Of a stretch of 64,000 nt of DNA, positions 54,578 to 64,000 are shown piece by piece. The notes under the pieces were generated by a model, which was not told the origin of the DNA, searched no databases, and saw nothing but the letters and a program-made list of their open reading frames with translations. A program made the translations under genes and the position numbers. Source of the DNA: Tellurirhabdus rosea (GTDB taxonomy: Bacteria; Bacteroidota; Bacteroidia; Cytophagales; Spirosomataceae); assembly GCF_026278345.1 (NCBI RefSeq), contig NZ_CP111085.1, forward strand, positions 4,620,282-4,684,281. The letters are read 5' to 3'. Position 1 is the stretch's first letter, and each line of letters opens with the position of its first letter.

Positions 54578-57259
54578 ATGCCCCTTAACCAGCCAGATTA
54601 CCCGAACGATAAAACCGAATTGACGCCTCAGGGTTATATTACTGCCCATCTGGCCTGGTGGGAGTTTGATCCCCACACGCAGGCCGCCGTCTGGTCCCCG
54701 GAGTGCCGGAAGCTCTTCGGCCTGCGCTCCGACCGCCCCATCACCTATGCCGACTGGGTCGGCGCGATTCATCCCGACGATTTCAAACGGGCGGACGAGG
54801 CGACCGCCGAGGCGCTGGAAAAGACCGGGGTTTACGACGAGGAATACCGGGTGATCGGCATAGACGACGGAATGCTGCGCTGGGTCCGGTCGTCCGGCAA
54901 AGTCGTTTATGACGAAGCGGGCAAACCCGTCAAGGTGGTGGGCTTCATGCTGGAAACCACCCAGGGCCGGCTGGCCAGCGCCATCTCGGAGGCCAGTGAC
55001 CACCGCCTGAAAGTGCTGGCCGACACCCTGCCGCAGCTCGTCTGGGTGACGCTCCCCGATGGGTATCACGATTTCTACAACCGCCGCTGGTTCGAGTACA
55101 CGGGGCGCACCTACAGCCAAACCAAAGGTGAGGGCTGGAACGCGGTCCTGCACCCCGACGACCAGACGCGGGCCATGCACATCTGGCAGCACTCCCTGCA
55201 AACCGGCGAGGCGTACGAAATCGAATACCGGCTCCGAAGATACGACGGCGTCTACCGCTGGTTTCTGGGCCGGGCGCTGCCGCTCCGGGATCAGGACGGG
55301 CAGATCAGCAAGTGGTTTGGGACCTGCACGGACATCCACGACCAGAAGCTGGTCAATGAAGAGCTTCGGGAAGCCCAGGAACGCTTTGACCTCATCAGCA
55401 AGGCCACCCGGGACGCCATCTGGGACTGGGACCTGACGACCAACGAAATCTGGTGGAACGAAGGCTTCCGGAAGCTGTTTGGCTATGAGGAGGAAGACAT
55501 CGAGCCGACCATCGAATCCTGGACCAATAGGGTGCATCCCGAAGACAAGGACCGGGTGGTGAGCAGCATTCACCGGGTCATCGACATCGGCGGAAAAAAC
55601 TGGTCGGATGAATACCGCTTTCGCCGGAAGGACGGCACCTACGCCTTTGTGCTCGACCGCGGGTACGCTCTGCACGACGAAACCGGGAAGCCCTACCGGA
55701 TGCTGGGCTCCATGCAGGATGTTTCGGCCCAGAAACAGATTGAAATGACCTTGTCTGAGAGTGAAAAGCGGTTTCGCTCCCTGACCCTGAATTCGCCCGA
55801 CCTCATCACCCGCCACGGCAGGGATTTTCGTTACCTCTACGCCAGCCCGGTCATTGAGCAGCTGACGGGCATGAAGCCGGAAGCGTTGATCGGCAAAAGC
55901 TATTACGAAGTCAATATCCCGGAGCACCTCTGTTCGCTTTTCGACGAACATCTGCGGCAGGTGTTCGAAACGCGGAAGCCGCATCACCTGGAATATTCGG
56001 CTGCCACCGACCGGGAGGTGTTTCTCAATTCGCGGCTGGTGCCCGAGTTCGATGCCGCGGGGGAGATCGAGTCAGTGCTGGTCATTTCCACCGACGTTAC
56101 CGAACAGCGCAAGGCTGAGGCCTCTCTGAAAGAAAGCGAGGAGCGCTTCCGGACGCTGTCCAACTCCATTTCGCAGCTGGCCTGGATGGCGGATGCCGAC
56201 GGCTGGATTTTCTGGTACAACGACCGCTGGTACGATTATACCGGCACAACCCTCGAACAGATGAAGGGCTGGGGCTGGCAAACGGTCCATCATCCCGACC
56301 ACCTGGAACGGGTGCTGTCCTTCATCCGCGAAGCCTGGCAAAAGGGCGAGCCGTGGGAGCTGACGTTTCCCCTCCGCAGTCGGCACGGCCACTACCGCTG
56401 GTTTCTGACGAAAGTATTTCCCCTGAAAAACGGGGAAGGGAAAGTGACCCGCTGGATCGGGTCCAACACGGACATTACCGAACAGAAACAGGCCGAAGAA
56501 ATTCTGGAACAGCGGGTCCGCGAACGGACACTGGAACTGGAGCGGCGGAACAAGGAACTTGAGCAGTTTACCTACGTGTCGCACCACGACCTCCAGGAAC
56601 CCATCCGGAAGATTCAGGTTTTCTCGGACATGATTCGGGCCGACAGCTACGAGCGGCTGAACGATAGTTCGAAGCGGATTCTGGACAAAATTGCGAATTC
56701 GGCCAAACGCATGAGTCTGGCCCTGAAAGACGTGCTGGATTACGCCAGTCTGGAAAAACCGGAGGAAATTCGCCCGGTGGACCTGAACGAGGTGCTGGCC
56801 GATGTCCGGGCGGATCTGGAACTGGTCATCAGCGAAAAGCAGGCGGTGATTCAGACGGACCGGCTGCCGACGCTTCAGGCCATTCCGCAGCAGATGCACC
56901 AGCTGTTTTACAACCTGATCAACAATTCGCTCAAGTTTGCCAAACCCGATCTGCCGCCGGTGGTCGATATCCGCTGCGCCCGCCTGAGCGGCCCGGACCT
57001 GACCATCTGGCCCGAACTTGACCAGTCGCGGGCCTACTACCGCCTTGACCTACAGGATAACGGCATCGGCATCGACCCCGACCAGAGCCACCGGATTTTT
57101 TCGCTGTTTCAGCGCCTGCACAGCCGGGAAGCCTACCCCGGAACGGGCATTGGGCTGTCGCTTTGCAAGAAAGTGGTGGAGAATCACCGGGGCACCATCT
57201 GGGCCGAAGGCCGGAAAGGGGAGGGCGCCACGATTCGATTGCTGCTGCCCGTCGAATAA
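54578..57259 (+). CDS. multi-PAS/PAC sensor histidine kinase (cytoplasmic, orphan; paralogue of 23400..25793)
   Basis: About five PAS/PAC units. H-box FTYVSHHDLQEPIRKIQVF. HATPase_c (DNGIGI…GTGIGLSL). Confidence 0.85.
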   Translation: MPLNQPDYPNDKTELTPQGYITAHLAWWEFDPHTQAAVWSPECRKLFGLRSDRPITYADWVGAIHPDDFKRADEATAEALEKTGVYDEEYRVIGIDDGMLRWVRSSGKVVYDEAGKPVKVVGFMLETTQGRLASAISEASDHRLKVLADTLPQLVWVTLPDGYHDFYNRRWFEYTGRTYSQTKGEGWNAVLHPDDQTRAMHIWQHSLQTGEAYEIEYRLRRYDGVYRWFLGRALPLRDQDGQISKWFGTCTDIHDQKLVNEELREAQERFDLISKATRDAIWDWDLTTNEIWWNEGFRKLFGYEEEDIEPTIESWTNRVHPEDKDRVVSSIHRVIDIGGKNWSDEYRFRRKDGTYAFVLDRGYALHDETGKPYRMLGSMQDVSAQKQIEMTLSESEKRFRSLTLNSPDLITRHGRDFRYLYASPVIEQLTGMKPEALIGKSYYEVNIPEHLCSLFDEHLRQVFETRKPHHLEYSAATDREVFLNSRLVPEFDAAGEIESVLVISTDVTEQRKAEASLKESEERFRTLSNSISQLAWMADADGWIFWYNDRWYDYTGTTLEQMKGWGWQTVHHPDHLERVLSFIREAWQKGEPWELTFPLRSRHGHYRWFLTKVFPLKNGEGKVTRWIGSNTDITEQKQAEEILEQRVRERTLELERRNKELEQFTYVSHHDLQEPIRKIQVFSDMIRADSYERLNDSSKRILDKIANSAKRMSLALKDVLDYASLEKPEEIRPVDLNEVLADVRADLELVISEKQAVIQTDRLPTLQAIPQQMHQLFYNLINNSLKFAKPDLPPVVDIRCARLSGPDLTIWPELDQSRAYYRLDLQDNGIGIDPDQSHRIFSLFQRLHSREAYPGTGIGLSLCKKVVENHRGTIWAEGRKGEGATIRLLLPVE

Positions 57260-57328
57260 GGGCCGCTTCAGGGTTAAAACGGGTGACAACCGGCCCTGCC
57301 GCGCCACCAGTCGGTTTCGTTCGTATCT

Positions 57329-58399
57329 TTGCGGACCATGAAAGCAGCTATCCGTTTACTTGCGCTGAGTGTTGGGCTCAGCTTTTTTATGCCGGGATGT
57401 ACCCGGCAGGCTCCCTCTGTTTCGACCCAGCAGCGTACCCGTACTCCGGATTTTGTGAAGGGTGCCGACATCGGCTGGCTTCCGCAGATGGAAGCCACCG
57501 GCTACCGGTTCTACAACGACCAGGGCGTACAGCAGGATTGTTTCCAGATTCTGAAAGACCACGGCATCAATACCGTTCGCCTGCGGACGTGGGTGAATCC
57601 GTCCAACGACCCGGCTAGCGGTCACTGCAGCAAGGAGGAAACCGTTGCCCTTGCCGTCCGCGCCCAGAAGTGGGGCATGCGGGTGATGCTCAACTTCCAC
57701 TACAGCGACAGCTGGGCCGATCCCGGCAAACAGGTGAAACCGGCCGCCTGGCAGGGCCACGACTTCCCGACCCTGCTGAACGATGTCTACACGTATACGC
57801 ACGACGTGATGACGGCCCTGAAGGTCGCCGGTATCACGCCCGAATGGGTGCAGGTCGGCAACGAAACGCCCGGCGGCATGATCTACCCCGAAGGCAGTAC
57901 GGCCAACTGGCCGCAGCTGGCGCAGCTCATCAACAGGGGCTACGACGCTATCAAGGCCGTCAGTCCTGCTTCCAAAGTGATTCTGCACCTGGACCAGGGC
58001 AACAACCGCGAACGGTTCAAAACCTGGTTCGACAACGCCCGGGCACACGGGGCGAAATACGACGTCATCGGCCTGTCGTACTACCCCTACTGGCTGAAAG
58101 GAAACCCGGATTACACCTTATCCATCAACGATCTGGACGCGAACATGCGGGCGCTGATTCAGGACTACGGCAAAGAGGTGATGGTCGTGGAAGTGGGCGG
58201 CGAAGATACCAAAGTCCAGAACACCTACGACATGCTGGTCGCCGTCCAGAGGAAGGTCCGCGCCCTGCCCAGCGGCAAAGGTCTCGGCGTCATCTACTGG
58301 GAACCGCAGGGTGCCCGGAGCTGGAGCAAATACCCCCTGAGCGCCTGGGGCAACGACGGCCGCCCGACCAAAGCCATGGACGCGTTTTTGGTAGAGTAA
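57329..58399 (+). CDS. arabinogalactan endo-β-1,4-galactanase (glycoside hydrolase family 53), lipoprotein
   Basis: FVKGADIGWLPQMEA…GINTVRLRTWVNP. WVQVGNE (acid/base). VVEVGG (nucleophile region). Lipobox MPGC. Confidence 0.85.
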   Translation: MRTMKAAIRLLALSVGLSFFMPGCTRQAPSVSTQQRTRTPDFVKGADIGWLPQMEATGYRFYNDQGVQQDCFQILKDHGINTVRLRTWVNPSNDPASGHCSKEETVALAVRAQKWGMRVMLNFHYSDSWADPGKQVKPAAWQGHDFPTLLNDVYTYTHDVMTALKVAGITPEWVQVGNETPGGMIYPEGSTANWPQLAQLINRGYDAIKAVSPASKVILHLDQGNNRERFKTWFDNARAHGAKYDVIGLSYYPYWLKGNPDYTLSINDLDANMRALIQDYGKEVMVVEVGGEDTKVQNTYDMLVAVQRKVRALPSGKGLGVIYWEPQGARSWSKYPLSAWGNDGRPTKAMDAFLVE

Positions 58400-58404
58400 C
58401 CAAT

Positions 58405-58488
58405 ATGTACCGGCGGGCTTTAGCCCGTCTGACTTGCTTACCGCACCGGCAGGCTATAGATCAGACGGGCTAAAGCCCGTCGGTACAT
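58405..58488. terminator. long imperfect inverted repeat (28-nt arms, 1 mismatch) exactly filling the convergent gene gap; each arm contains a cgggc-ttta-gcccg mini-hairpin
   Basis: atgtaccggcgggctttagcccgtctga … tcagacgggctaaagcccgtcggtacat. The right arm ends at the stop codon of the PhyH-like gene. Confidence 0.55.
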
Positions 58489-59456
58489 TACTCCCACGAG
58501 TCCAGCCCGAGCAGCTTCCGGCCGAGCGGCGAAAGTTCGGCGGTCGCATAACGGGTCTGTTCCCAGCCGCGCGGGTCGCCGGGGAACGCGTAGCCTTCGG
58601 GCGCGCGGCGTTCGCGCCAGGAGTCGATGCGCCACTGCCGCAGCGCCGCGTTGTCTTCCTGGGCGGGCATCATCGAAATGTACTGCGCCAGTCGCACTTT
58701 ATCGCCCGAATGGTTGGGCCGGATGCCGTGCGCCAGCGTGCTGTTGAAGATCAGCAGATCGCCCGCTTCCATTTTCACCTTTACGATCTCAAAGCCCGTC
58801 ACGTCCGGTTTGAAATGGTCACGGTCGGCGGGCTGGGTCAGTTTCCAGGTGTCGTAGGTGCGGTACAACTCGGGGACGCACTGAAAGCCGCCCATGTTTT
58901 CGTCGGTCTGGTCGGCCAGCGCCAGCACACCCTGCACGTTTTGCGGACGGGTTTCGGGGTCATAATCCCAGTGGATAAAGCCCTTGAATTCAAAGCCGGG
59001 CCGCATGGGCAGGTTCAGGTTGGCGCGGTCGATGGTCACCCAGAGTTTTTCGGTGCCCCAGATGTCCACGAAGGCATCGTACACCCGCTGCGTCTGCCGG
59101 TTATCCCAGAGATACTGGTGGTTGTAGACTTCCACCATACCGCTGTTGGTGAGTTCCTTCATTTTCATTTCGGCGCGGGGCGGGGCGTACCAGGTGCCGG
59201 GGTCGGCCGGGTCTTTTTCTTCGAATTCCCACAGGAAAGCGGCCAGTCGCTCGGCCTGCTCGCGGGGCACGGCTCCTTTGACGACGATGTAGCCGTTTTC
59301 GATCCAGAAGTTCCAATCTTCTTCGGACAGCACGCGCAGGGGAACGCCGTTGGACCGGTCGTTCAGTTTAAGGGGGCTGCTGATGGCCGTGGACGGATTA
59401 CCGGGAATGTCGAGGTGCGCATTGTCGGGCACCATCGTTGGGTTCATGGTCTGCAT
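58488..59456 (-). CDS. phytanoyl-CoA dioxygenase (PhyH)-family Fe(II)/2-oxoglutarate-dependent oxygenase
   Basis: PhyH-like N-terminal WIENGYIVVKGAV. HWD…D facial triad. C-terminal His (LAHGIRPNHS). 322 aa. Confidence 0.7.
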   Translation of the reverse strand: MQTMNPTMVPDNAHLDIPGNPSTAISSPLKLNDRSNGVPLRVLSEEDWNFWIENGYIVVKGAVPREQAERLAAFLWEFEEKDPADPGTWYAPPRAEMKMKELTNSGMVEVYNHQYLWDNRQTQRVYDAFVDIWGTEKLWVTIDRANLNLPMRPGFEFKGFIHWDYDPETRPQNVQGVLALADQTDENMGGFQCVPELYRTYDTWKLTQPADRDHFKPDVTGFEIVKVKMEAGDLLIFNSTLAHGIRPNHSGDKVRLAQYISMMPAQEDNAALRQWRIDSWRERRAPEGYAFPGDPRGWEQTRYATAELSPLGRKLLGLDSWE

Positions 59457-59595
59457 AGCGAGGGTCGGTTGATAAGGACAAAGCTACGCCCCGCACCCGC
59501 CCCGCTTCTACCTCAATTCTAGCCAGTTGTTGAACAATATTGATCTTTTTTTGGAAATAAGTTAGCTTGCTGCATAGTTCTGTTCAACTGGATTT

Positions 59596-60441
59596 ATGAA
59601 GCTGCAACTGGAGGAAATTCGTCCGGACGCCAACAGTTCGTTCCGGCTGCTGCTCACGCCGCACCTCAACGACTTCTATTACTGGCATTTTCACCCTGAA
59701 TTTGAGATTGTTTACATCGAAAATGCCAGCGGCCCCCGGCACGTGGGCGAGCATATGTCGCGGTATGAGGGCAGTGATCTGGTGCTGATCGGTCCGCACA
59801 TTCCCCACCTGAATTTTGATTACGGCGTCCGGACGGATTACCGGAAAGTGGTGGTGCAGATGAGGGAGGATTTTATGAGCGGTAGTTTTGGGCAGATGCC
59901 GGAACTGTCGGATATCGCCGGGCTCTTTGAGCGGGCGCGGCATGGGGTGGCTTTTCGGGGGAAGACCCGGCAGGAAGCAGGCGAACGGCTTTCGGCGCTG
60001 CCCGGCCTGACGCACTTTCGGCAGCTGATGGAACTGCTCGCTATTTTCCAGCTGCTGGCCGTTTCCGACGAGGCGGAGTTGCTGCATTCCCGGCCCGTCG
60101 AGCCCGTTTACAACCGCCGCGACCAGCAGCGGATCCGGCAGGTTTACGCGTTTCTGGACCAGCATTACCAGCGGCAGATGACCATCGCCGAACTGGCCGA
60201 CCTGACCAGCCTTACGCCGGAAGCCTTTTGCCGCTATTTCAAAAAAATGACCCGGATGACCTTCACCGAGTTTGTCAACCAGTACCGCATCCGCGAAGCC
60301 AAACGCCGCCTGCTGCTCGGCCAGACCGTCACCGAAGTCTGCTTCGAATGCGGCTTCGAAAGCCTGTCCTACTTCAACCGGATCTTCCGGCGGGTGACGG
60401 GGGGGAGTCCGCGGGATTACCGGAAAAAGCCGGGCAGGTAA
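59596..60441 (+). CDS. AraC-family transcriptional regulator (N-terminal cupin-like sensor + C-terminal HTH)
   Basis: C-terminal LADLTSLTPEAFCRYFKKMTRMTFTEFVNQYRIREAKRRL…GFESLSYFNRIFRRVTGGSPRDYR. Confidence 0.85.
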   Translation: MKLQLEEIRPDANSSFRLLLTPHLNDFYYWHFHPEFEIVYIENASGPRHVGEHMSRYEGSDLVLIGPHIPHLNFDYGVRTDYRKVVVQMREDFMSGSFGQMPELSDIAGLFERARHGVAFRGKTRQEAGERLSALPGLTHFRQLMELLAIFQLLAVSDEAELLHSRPVEPVYNRRDQQRIRQVYAFLDQHYQRQMTIAELADLTSLTPEAFCRYFKKMTRMTFTEFVNQYRIREAKRRLLLGQTVTEVCFECGFESLSYFNRIFRRVTGGSPRDYRKKPGR

Positions 60442-60576
60442 AGAGAGCGGTGGGTAAGGCGAAGACTTTCAGCTGGTTAGTCAAAAGATGGACTAAGCCG
60501 GCAAAATCTTCTTTTTGTTGATAGGTCTAGCACTTCTTTTGCAGCTATCCTACTCCGTAACCTGTACTTGCTGTTT

Positions 60577-63500
60577 ATGCGGAGTTTTTTGATTTGGTGG
60601 AACTGTTTCCTGGGTGTATTGCTCTTGCTGGCCGGACCGGTGCAGGCCCAGTTTATTTCCATGGATAACATCAGCGGTTCGGTGTTTTGTGGCGGCACCC
60701 AAAAAACCTTCCGCTTCGCAGCGGCCGGAAGTTTTCGGGAAAATAACGTCTTCAAAGTACAGGTGTCCAAAGATTACGGCCCATTCACCGATTTGCCGGA
60801 GTCCTTCACCGCCGGTCCGGCAACGGTCACGTTACCAGAGGCGGACAATGGCACTTCGAGCTATCGGTTCCGGATCGCTTCCACCAATCCCCAGGTCTTT
60901 AGTTACGAAACCCAATCCATCGTGCTGACGACCGCCTCCACGGCCGAACTGACCGGCAACAGCACCGGCGGCCGCCTGATTAACCCCTACGACCGGGTGT
61001 CGCTCTACGTGAAACTCGAGGGCGTCGGGCCGCATACCTTACTGCTGAGCGACAGTTCGCGCCATGTTAAATCATCGCACTATGGGGACAATGAACTGAC
61101 CGTAACCCCGGCAGCGTCGACGACCTACACCCTTGCGTCCGTCCAGAATGCCTGCGGGCTGGGAACCGTTAAGGCCGGCAGCACGACCGTCAGGGTAAAC
61201 CGCACGGGTTTTCAGGTAACCGCCCTGTCGGCAGACCATGTCTGTCTGGGGAGTAAACTGCTCATCCATTTTGCTTCGCAGGACCCCTTACCGACCGATA
61301 CCCGCTTTGTGGTCGAGCTTACCAACACCGAGAATAATCGCGTACAGACCTTTCCGCTTCAGGGCTCTGTCAGTCCGCTCGAACTGGCGGTTTCTGACTC
61401 CATAGAAGTGGGAACCTACGGCCTGAAAGTCCGCTCTGACAGTGCCGGGGTGGAGGCTGCTTTCCAGTCGCCGGACTATAGCGGTGCAGGAACCGTTACC
61501 ATCGGACGGCCGCCGGTCGTCCGGTTGTTTGGGTCGGCGGAAATTCGCTATGGACAAACGGCCCGGCTGGATGCCGAACTGACCGGCAAAGGCCCCATGA
61601 ATGTTACCTTTACGGACGGCTCGACGGTGCGCATCCCGGCCGGACGGTACGAGGGGCATCCTTACCAGATCGACCTAAGTCCTCAGAAAACCACGACGTA
61701 CGCCATTCGCTCGGTGGTCAGCGAATGCGGCACCGGAAGCGGCACCGGGAACGTTAGTGTCGTGGTTCGGCCGGGCGTTCGGATCGATTCTGTTTCCGTC
61801 GCGGCGGTATGCGCGGGCCAGACCGTAACGGCGTATTATACCGCTGGACCGGCCGGAGAGGCCGCCGGCCCGATGTATGCCGAAATGGGCTACGGCTATT
61901 CCAACGAGCCCCTGTATGGCCATGGCAGGCTGGAACTGCTGTCCGTAACGCCAAAAAGCTTTCTGTTCCGGGTTGCGGCCGGAACACCCGCCGGGCATAT
62001 GTACCTGGCGGCCGGTTTTGGCAATACCGGAACGGGGCCCATTTATCGAAAGGGAATCACCGTCCGCAGGCCCCCATCCATTAGTCTGACGTCAAATGAT
62101 GTAACCCTTGAGTCTCCGCAGGTGGCAAGACTGAACTATATCGTGACAGGAGGAATGGCCTATACGTTCACGCTCTCGGACGGGTCAGTCTATCAGGTGC
62201 CCAATTATAGCAGCGGCGACTCATTTGCCTCGGTCAACGTTCTGGTTTCCCAAACTACGTCTTATTCGGTTACTTCCATTTCCAACGCCTGCGGAGTTGG
62301 AACGGTGGATAATAGCAGAAACAGCTTTTGGGTCACCGTCCGGAATCCGGCGGTTCAGAGCATCGTGCTCCGGCCGCCTTCCTACCGGGTGTGTCCGGGT
62401 GCGGCCGAGCGGCTTGTTTTCATGGCGACGGGTAGTTACGGGCCCGATAACGAATTTAAAGCGGAAATCTCGACGCCGTCCGGCAGCTATCTGGGAACGT
62501 TTCTGGCCTCCAGCCGGAACGCCGGAGCGCTGGATGTCACCCTGCCGCCGCAGCCCGGCACCTACCGGGTCCGGATCGTATCGACCAATCCGTCCCTCAG
62601 AAGCAATGAATACGAAATGACCGTTGCCGAACCGAACCCCCAGTTCACCCTGTCGGCAGCAGTACAGGACGGTGACTATGAGCGTACGGAAAACGGGGTG
62701 ACGATGGTTGCCGGGCAGGCGATTAGTCTGTGGCTGTCTACCAACACCCAGTCCTACGGCACCATTGAGTTTATGGACGGTTTCCGCGATGTTCTGTATT
62801 CTGCCTATCAGGTGTATCGGTATCCGACCGAAAGCGTAACCTACAGCGTCAAGTCCATCACGGGACAGTGCGGCATTGGCACCGGGAAAAACAGTATCCA
62901 GGTGACGGTGCTGCCCTACGGCATCCGAACAGGAACCGTTCCGGCGCGACTTTGTGCCGGTCAGCAGCTTCAGGTGCCTTTTTCGATTCGGGGTGAGGTC
63001 CCGGCCGGTACCCTATTTAAAGTGCAGTACGGGCAGGATAACCAGGGTTGGGAGGACCTCCCCAGTTCCGGAACAGGCAGCCCGGTTACCGTAACGATAC
63101 CAGCAAACCTGACGGCAACGTCCATTAATCTGCGCGTGATCGGGGTGACCGGCTCTTCCACGGTGGTCGGGACGACAGCCCTGATGAGCTCCGGGCACAC
63201 CTACCTGGCACTCATGCACCCGCCCACCGCTGAGCTTAGTCTCGACAACGGCAGCAATGCCATTCAACTGGGTGCGGAAGGTTCGGCCACGCTGCTTGCG
63301 CGCCTGACAGGAGGGGCACCGTACCGGATGGTATTCAGTGACGGCAGTATTCGAACGGTAGGTTACGACAATGATAGCTGGATGGTAAGACCCGAACAGA
63401 GCCAGACGTATAAAGTGGTGTCGGTATCGAATGCCTGTGGTTTCGGAACAGGTACCGGGCAGGTTGCGGTTGGCTTTAAACCGGCCGTGACGCTGCTTTC

Positions 63501-64000
63501 AATCGATAAGGAGGTTCTTTGCGCCGGCTCCAGGGTCACCCTGCGCTACCGGTCGGTGGGCACGTTCGACGCGTCGAACACGTTCTCCTTTTACCTGGTC
63601 CCGGCTAACCCGCTGGAGAATCGAATTGCCCTCGGCAGCACGAAGGACTTATCCAGCACCGCTGCCTTCACCTTGCCCGGGACGATTGCCGAAGGTTCCT
63701 ACACCCTGCACGTCGAAGCCTCGGCTCCGGCATATCAGGCCCGCCTGACCTACGTGACGGTAGGAGGCAGGGTTCAGGCCCAACTTGTCGGGGGAGCCAG
63801 CCTGTATGCCGGTCAGTCGACGGGTCTGGCCATTCATGCCCAGGGGGCTTTTCCCGTGGTGGTTATTCTTAACGACGGCACGTCGATCACGTTAACGTCT
63901 TCGCCGGCCATTTTCGAGGTACGTCCTTCCGAAAGCCGAACGTACCGAATTACCTCTGTCGCCAATCCGTGTGGAGCCGGAACGTTCAGCGGCGAGTCGG
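60577..64000 (+). CDS. giant secreted repetitive protein (adhesin-like; alternating ~90-aa Cys-containing modules), 3′-truncated by the window end; not present in the supplied ORF track
   Basis: ATG at 60577 followed by a signal peptide MRSFLIWWNCFLGVLLLLAGPVQAQ. I translated more than 1,140 codons by hand without a stop. Module A (…[VL]C.G…YR.RI.STNP…) and module B (…TY.i.SV.N.CG.GTG.G.V.V…) alternate at least six times. Confidence 0.8.
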   Translation, partial: MRSFLIWWNCFLGVLLLLAGPVQAQFISMDNISGSVFCGGTQKTFRFAAAGSFRENNVFKVQVSKDYGPFTDLPESFTAGPATVTLPEADNGTSSYRFRIASTNPQVFSYETQSIVLTTASTAELTGNSTGGRLINPYDRVSLYVKLEGVGPHTLLLSDSSRHVKSSHYGDNELTVTPAASTTYTLASVQNACGLGTVKAGSTTVRVNRTGFQVTALSADHVCLGSKLLIHFASQDPLPTDTRFVVELTNTENNRVQTFPLQGSVSPLELAVSDSIEVGTYGLKVRSDSAGVEAAFQSPDYSGAGTVTIGRPPVVRLFGSAEIRYGQTARLDAELTGKGPMNVTFTDGSTVRIPAGRYEGHPYQIDLSPQKTTTYAIRSVVSECGTGSGTGNVSVVVRPGVRIDSVSVAAVCAGQTVTAYYTAGPAGEAAGPMYAEMGYGYSNEPLYGHGRLELLSVTPKSFLFRVAAGTPAGHMYLAAGFGNTGTGPIYRKGITVRRPPSISLTSNDVTLESPQVARLNYIVTGGMAYTFTLSDGSVYQVPNYSSGDSFASVNVLVSQTTSYSVTSISNACGVGTVDNSRNSFWVTVRNPAVQSIVLRPPSYRVCPGAAERLVFMATGSYGPDNEFKAEISTPSGSYLGTFLASSRNAGALDVTLPPQPGTYRVRIVSTNPSLRSNEYEMTVAEPNPQFTLSAAVQDGDYERTENGVTMVAGQAISLWLSTNTQSYGTIEFMDGFRDVLYSAYQVYRYPTESVTYSVKSITGQCGIGTGKNSIQVTVLPYGIRTGTVPARLCAGQQLQVPFSIRGEVPAGTLFKVQYGQDNQGWEDLPSSGTGSPVTVTIPANLTATSINLRVIGVTGSSTVVGTTALMSSGHTYLALMHPPTAELSLDNGSNAIQLGAEGSATLLARLTGGAPYRMVFSDGSIRTVGYDNDSWMVRPEQSQTYKVVSVSNACGFGTGTGQVAVGFKPAVTLLSIDKEVLCAGSRVTLRYRSVGTFDASNTFSFYLVPANPLENRIALGSTKDLSSTAAFTLPGTIAEGSYTLHVEASAPAYQARLTYVTVGGRVQAQLVGGASLYAGQSTGLAIHAQGAFPVVVILNDGTSITLTSSPAIFEVRPSESRTYRITSVANPCGAGTFSGES

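Overview
This is a high-GC (about 60–65%) chromosomal segment of a Bacteroidetes genome. The phylum call is an inference from the SusC/SusD pairs, a LytS–LytTR two-component system, lipobox lipoproteins, TAnnTTTG-type −7 promoter motifs and a giant repetitive adhesin. I call about 44 coding genes. Left to right they are:

- a stand-alone McrB-family GTPase
- a Zn alcohol dehydrogenase
- a PagL-like acyloxyacyl hydrolase
- an operon on the minus strand encoding a LytTR response regulator, a LytS-type β-propeller sensor kinase, a small Cys-rich lipoprotein and a TonB-dependent receptor
- a single-domain globin, with a paralogue further on
- a Gfo/Idh/MocA oxidoreductase
- a 1.9-kb low-GC island carrying a GT-C membrane glycosyltransferase
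- a sulfatase
- a META-domain lipoprotein followed by an McrC homologue that lies 18 kb from the McrB gene
- a GntP permease
- two multi-PAS histidine kinases with no adjacent response regulator
- an amino-acid catabolic block: proline dehydrogenase, RidA, a D-threonine-aldolase/D-serine-dehydratase-family PLP enzyme, an SGNH hydrolase, and an M19 dipeptidase that appears frameshifted
- a flotillin-like SPFH protein with four N-terminal repeats
- a Dps, small membrane protein and globin cluster
- two tandem paralogous SusC/SusD pairs
- a propeller histidine kinase, a TlpA-like thioredoxin, a small membrane protein and a NarL-type response regulator
- an ABC exporter
- a GH-A-like glycosidase
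- a GH53 galactanase
- a PhyH dioxygenase
- an AraC regulator
- a giant repetitive secreted protein (>1,140 aa) that runs off the window end and is absent from the ORF track.

I found no rRNA, tRNA, CRISPR array, transposase or integrase.

The most distinctive non-coding signal is a family of intergenic hairpin elements. A conserved GC core (roughly TTGCTCCGC–N10–12–GCGGAGCAA) is flanked by locus-specific AT-rich short tandem repeats arranged as long inverted arms. Two of these sit between co-directional genes. Long antisense ORFs, up to 979 aa, are pervasive; I treat them as high-GC artefacts.
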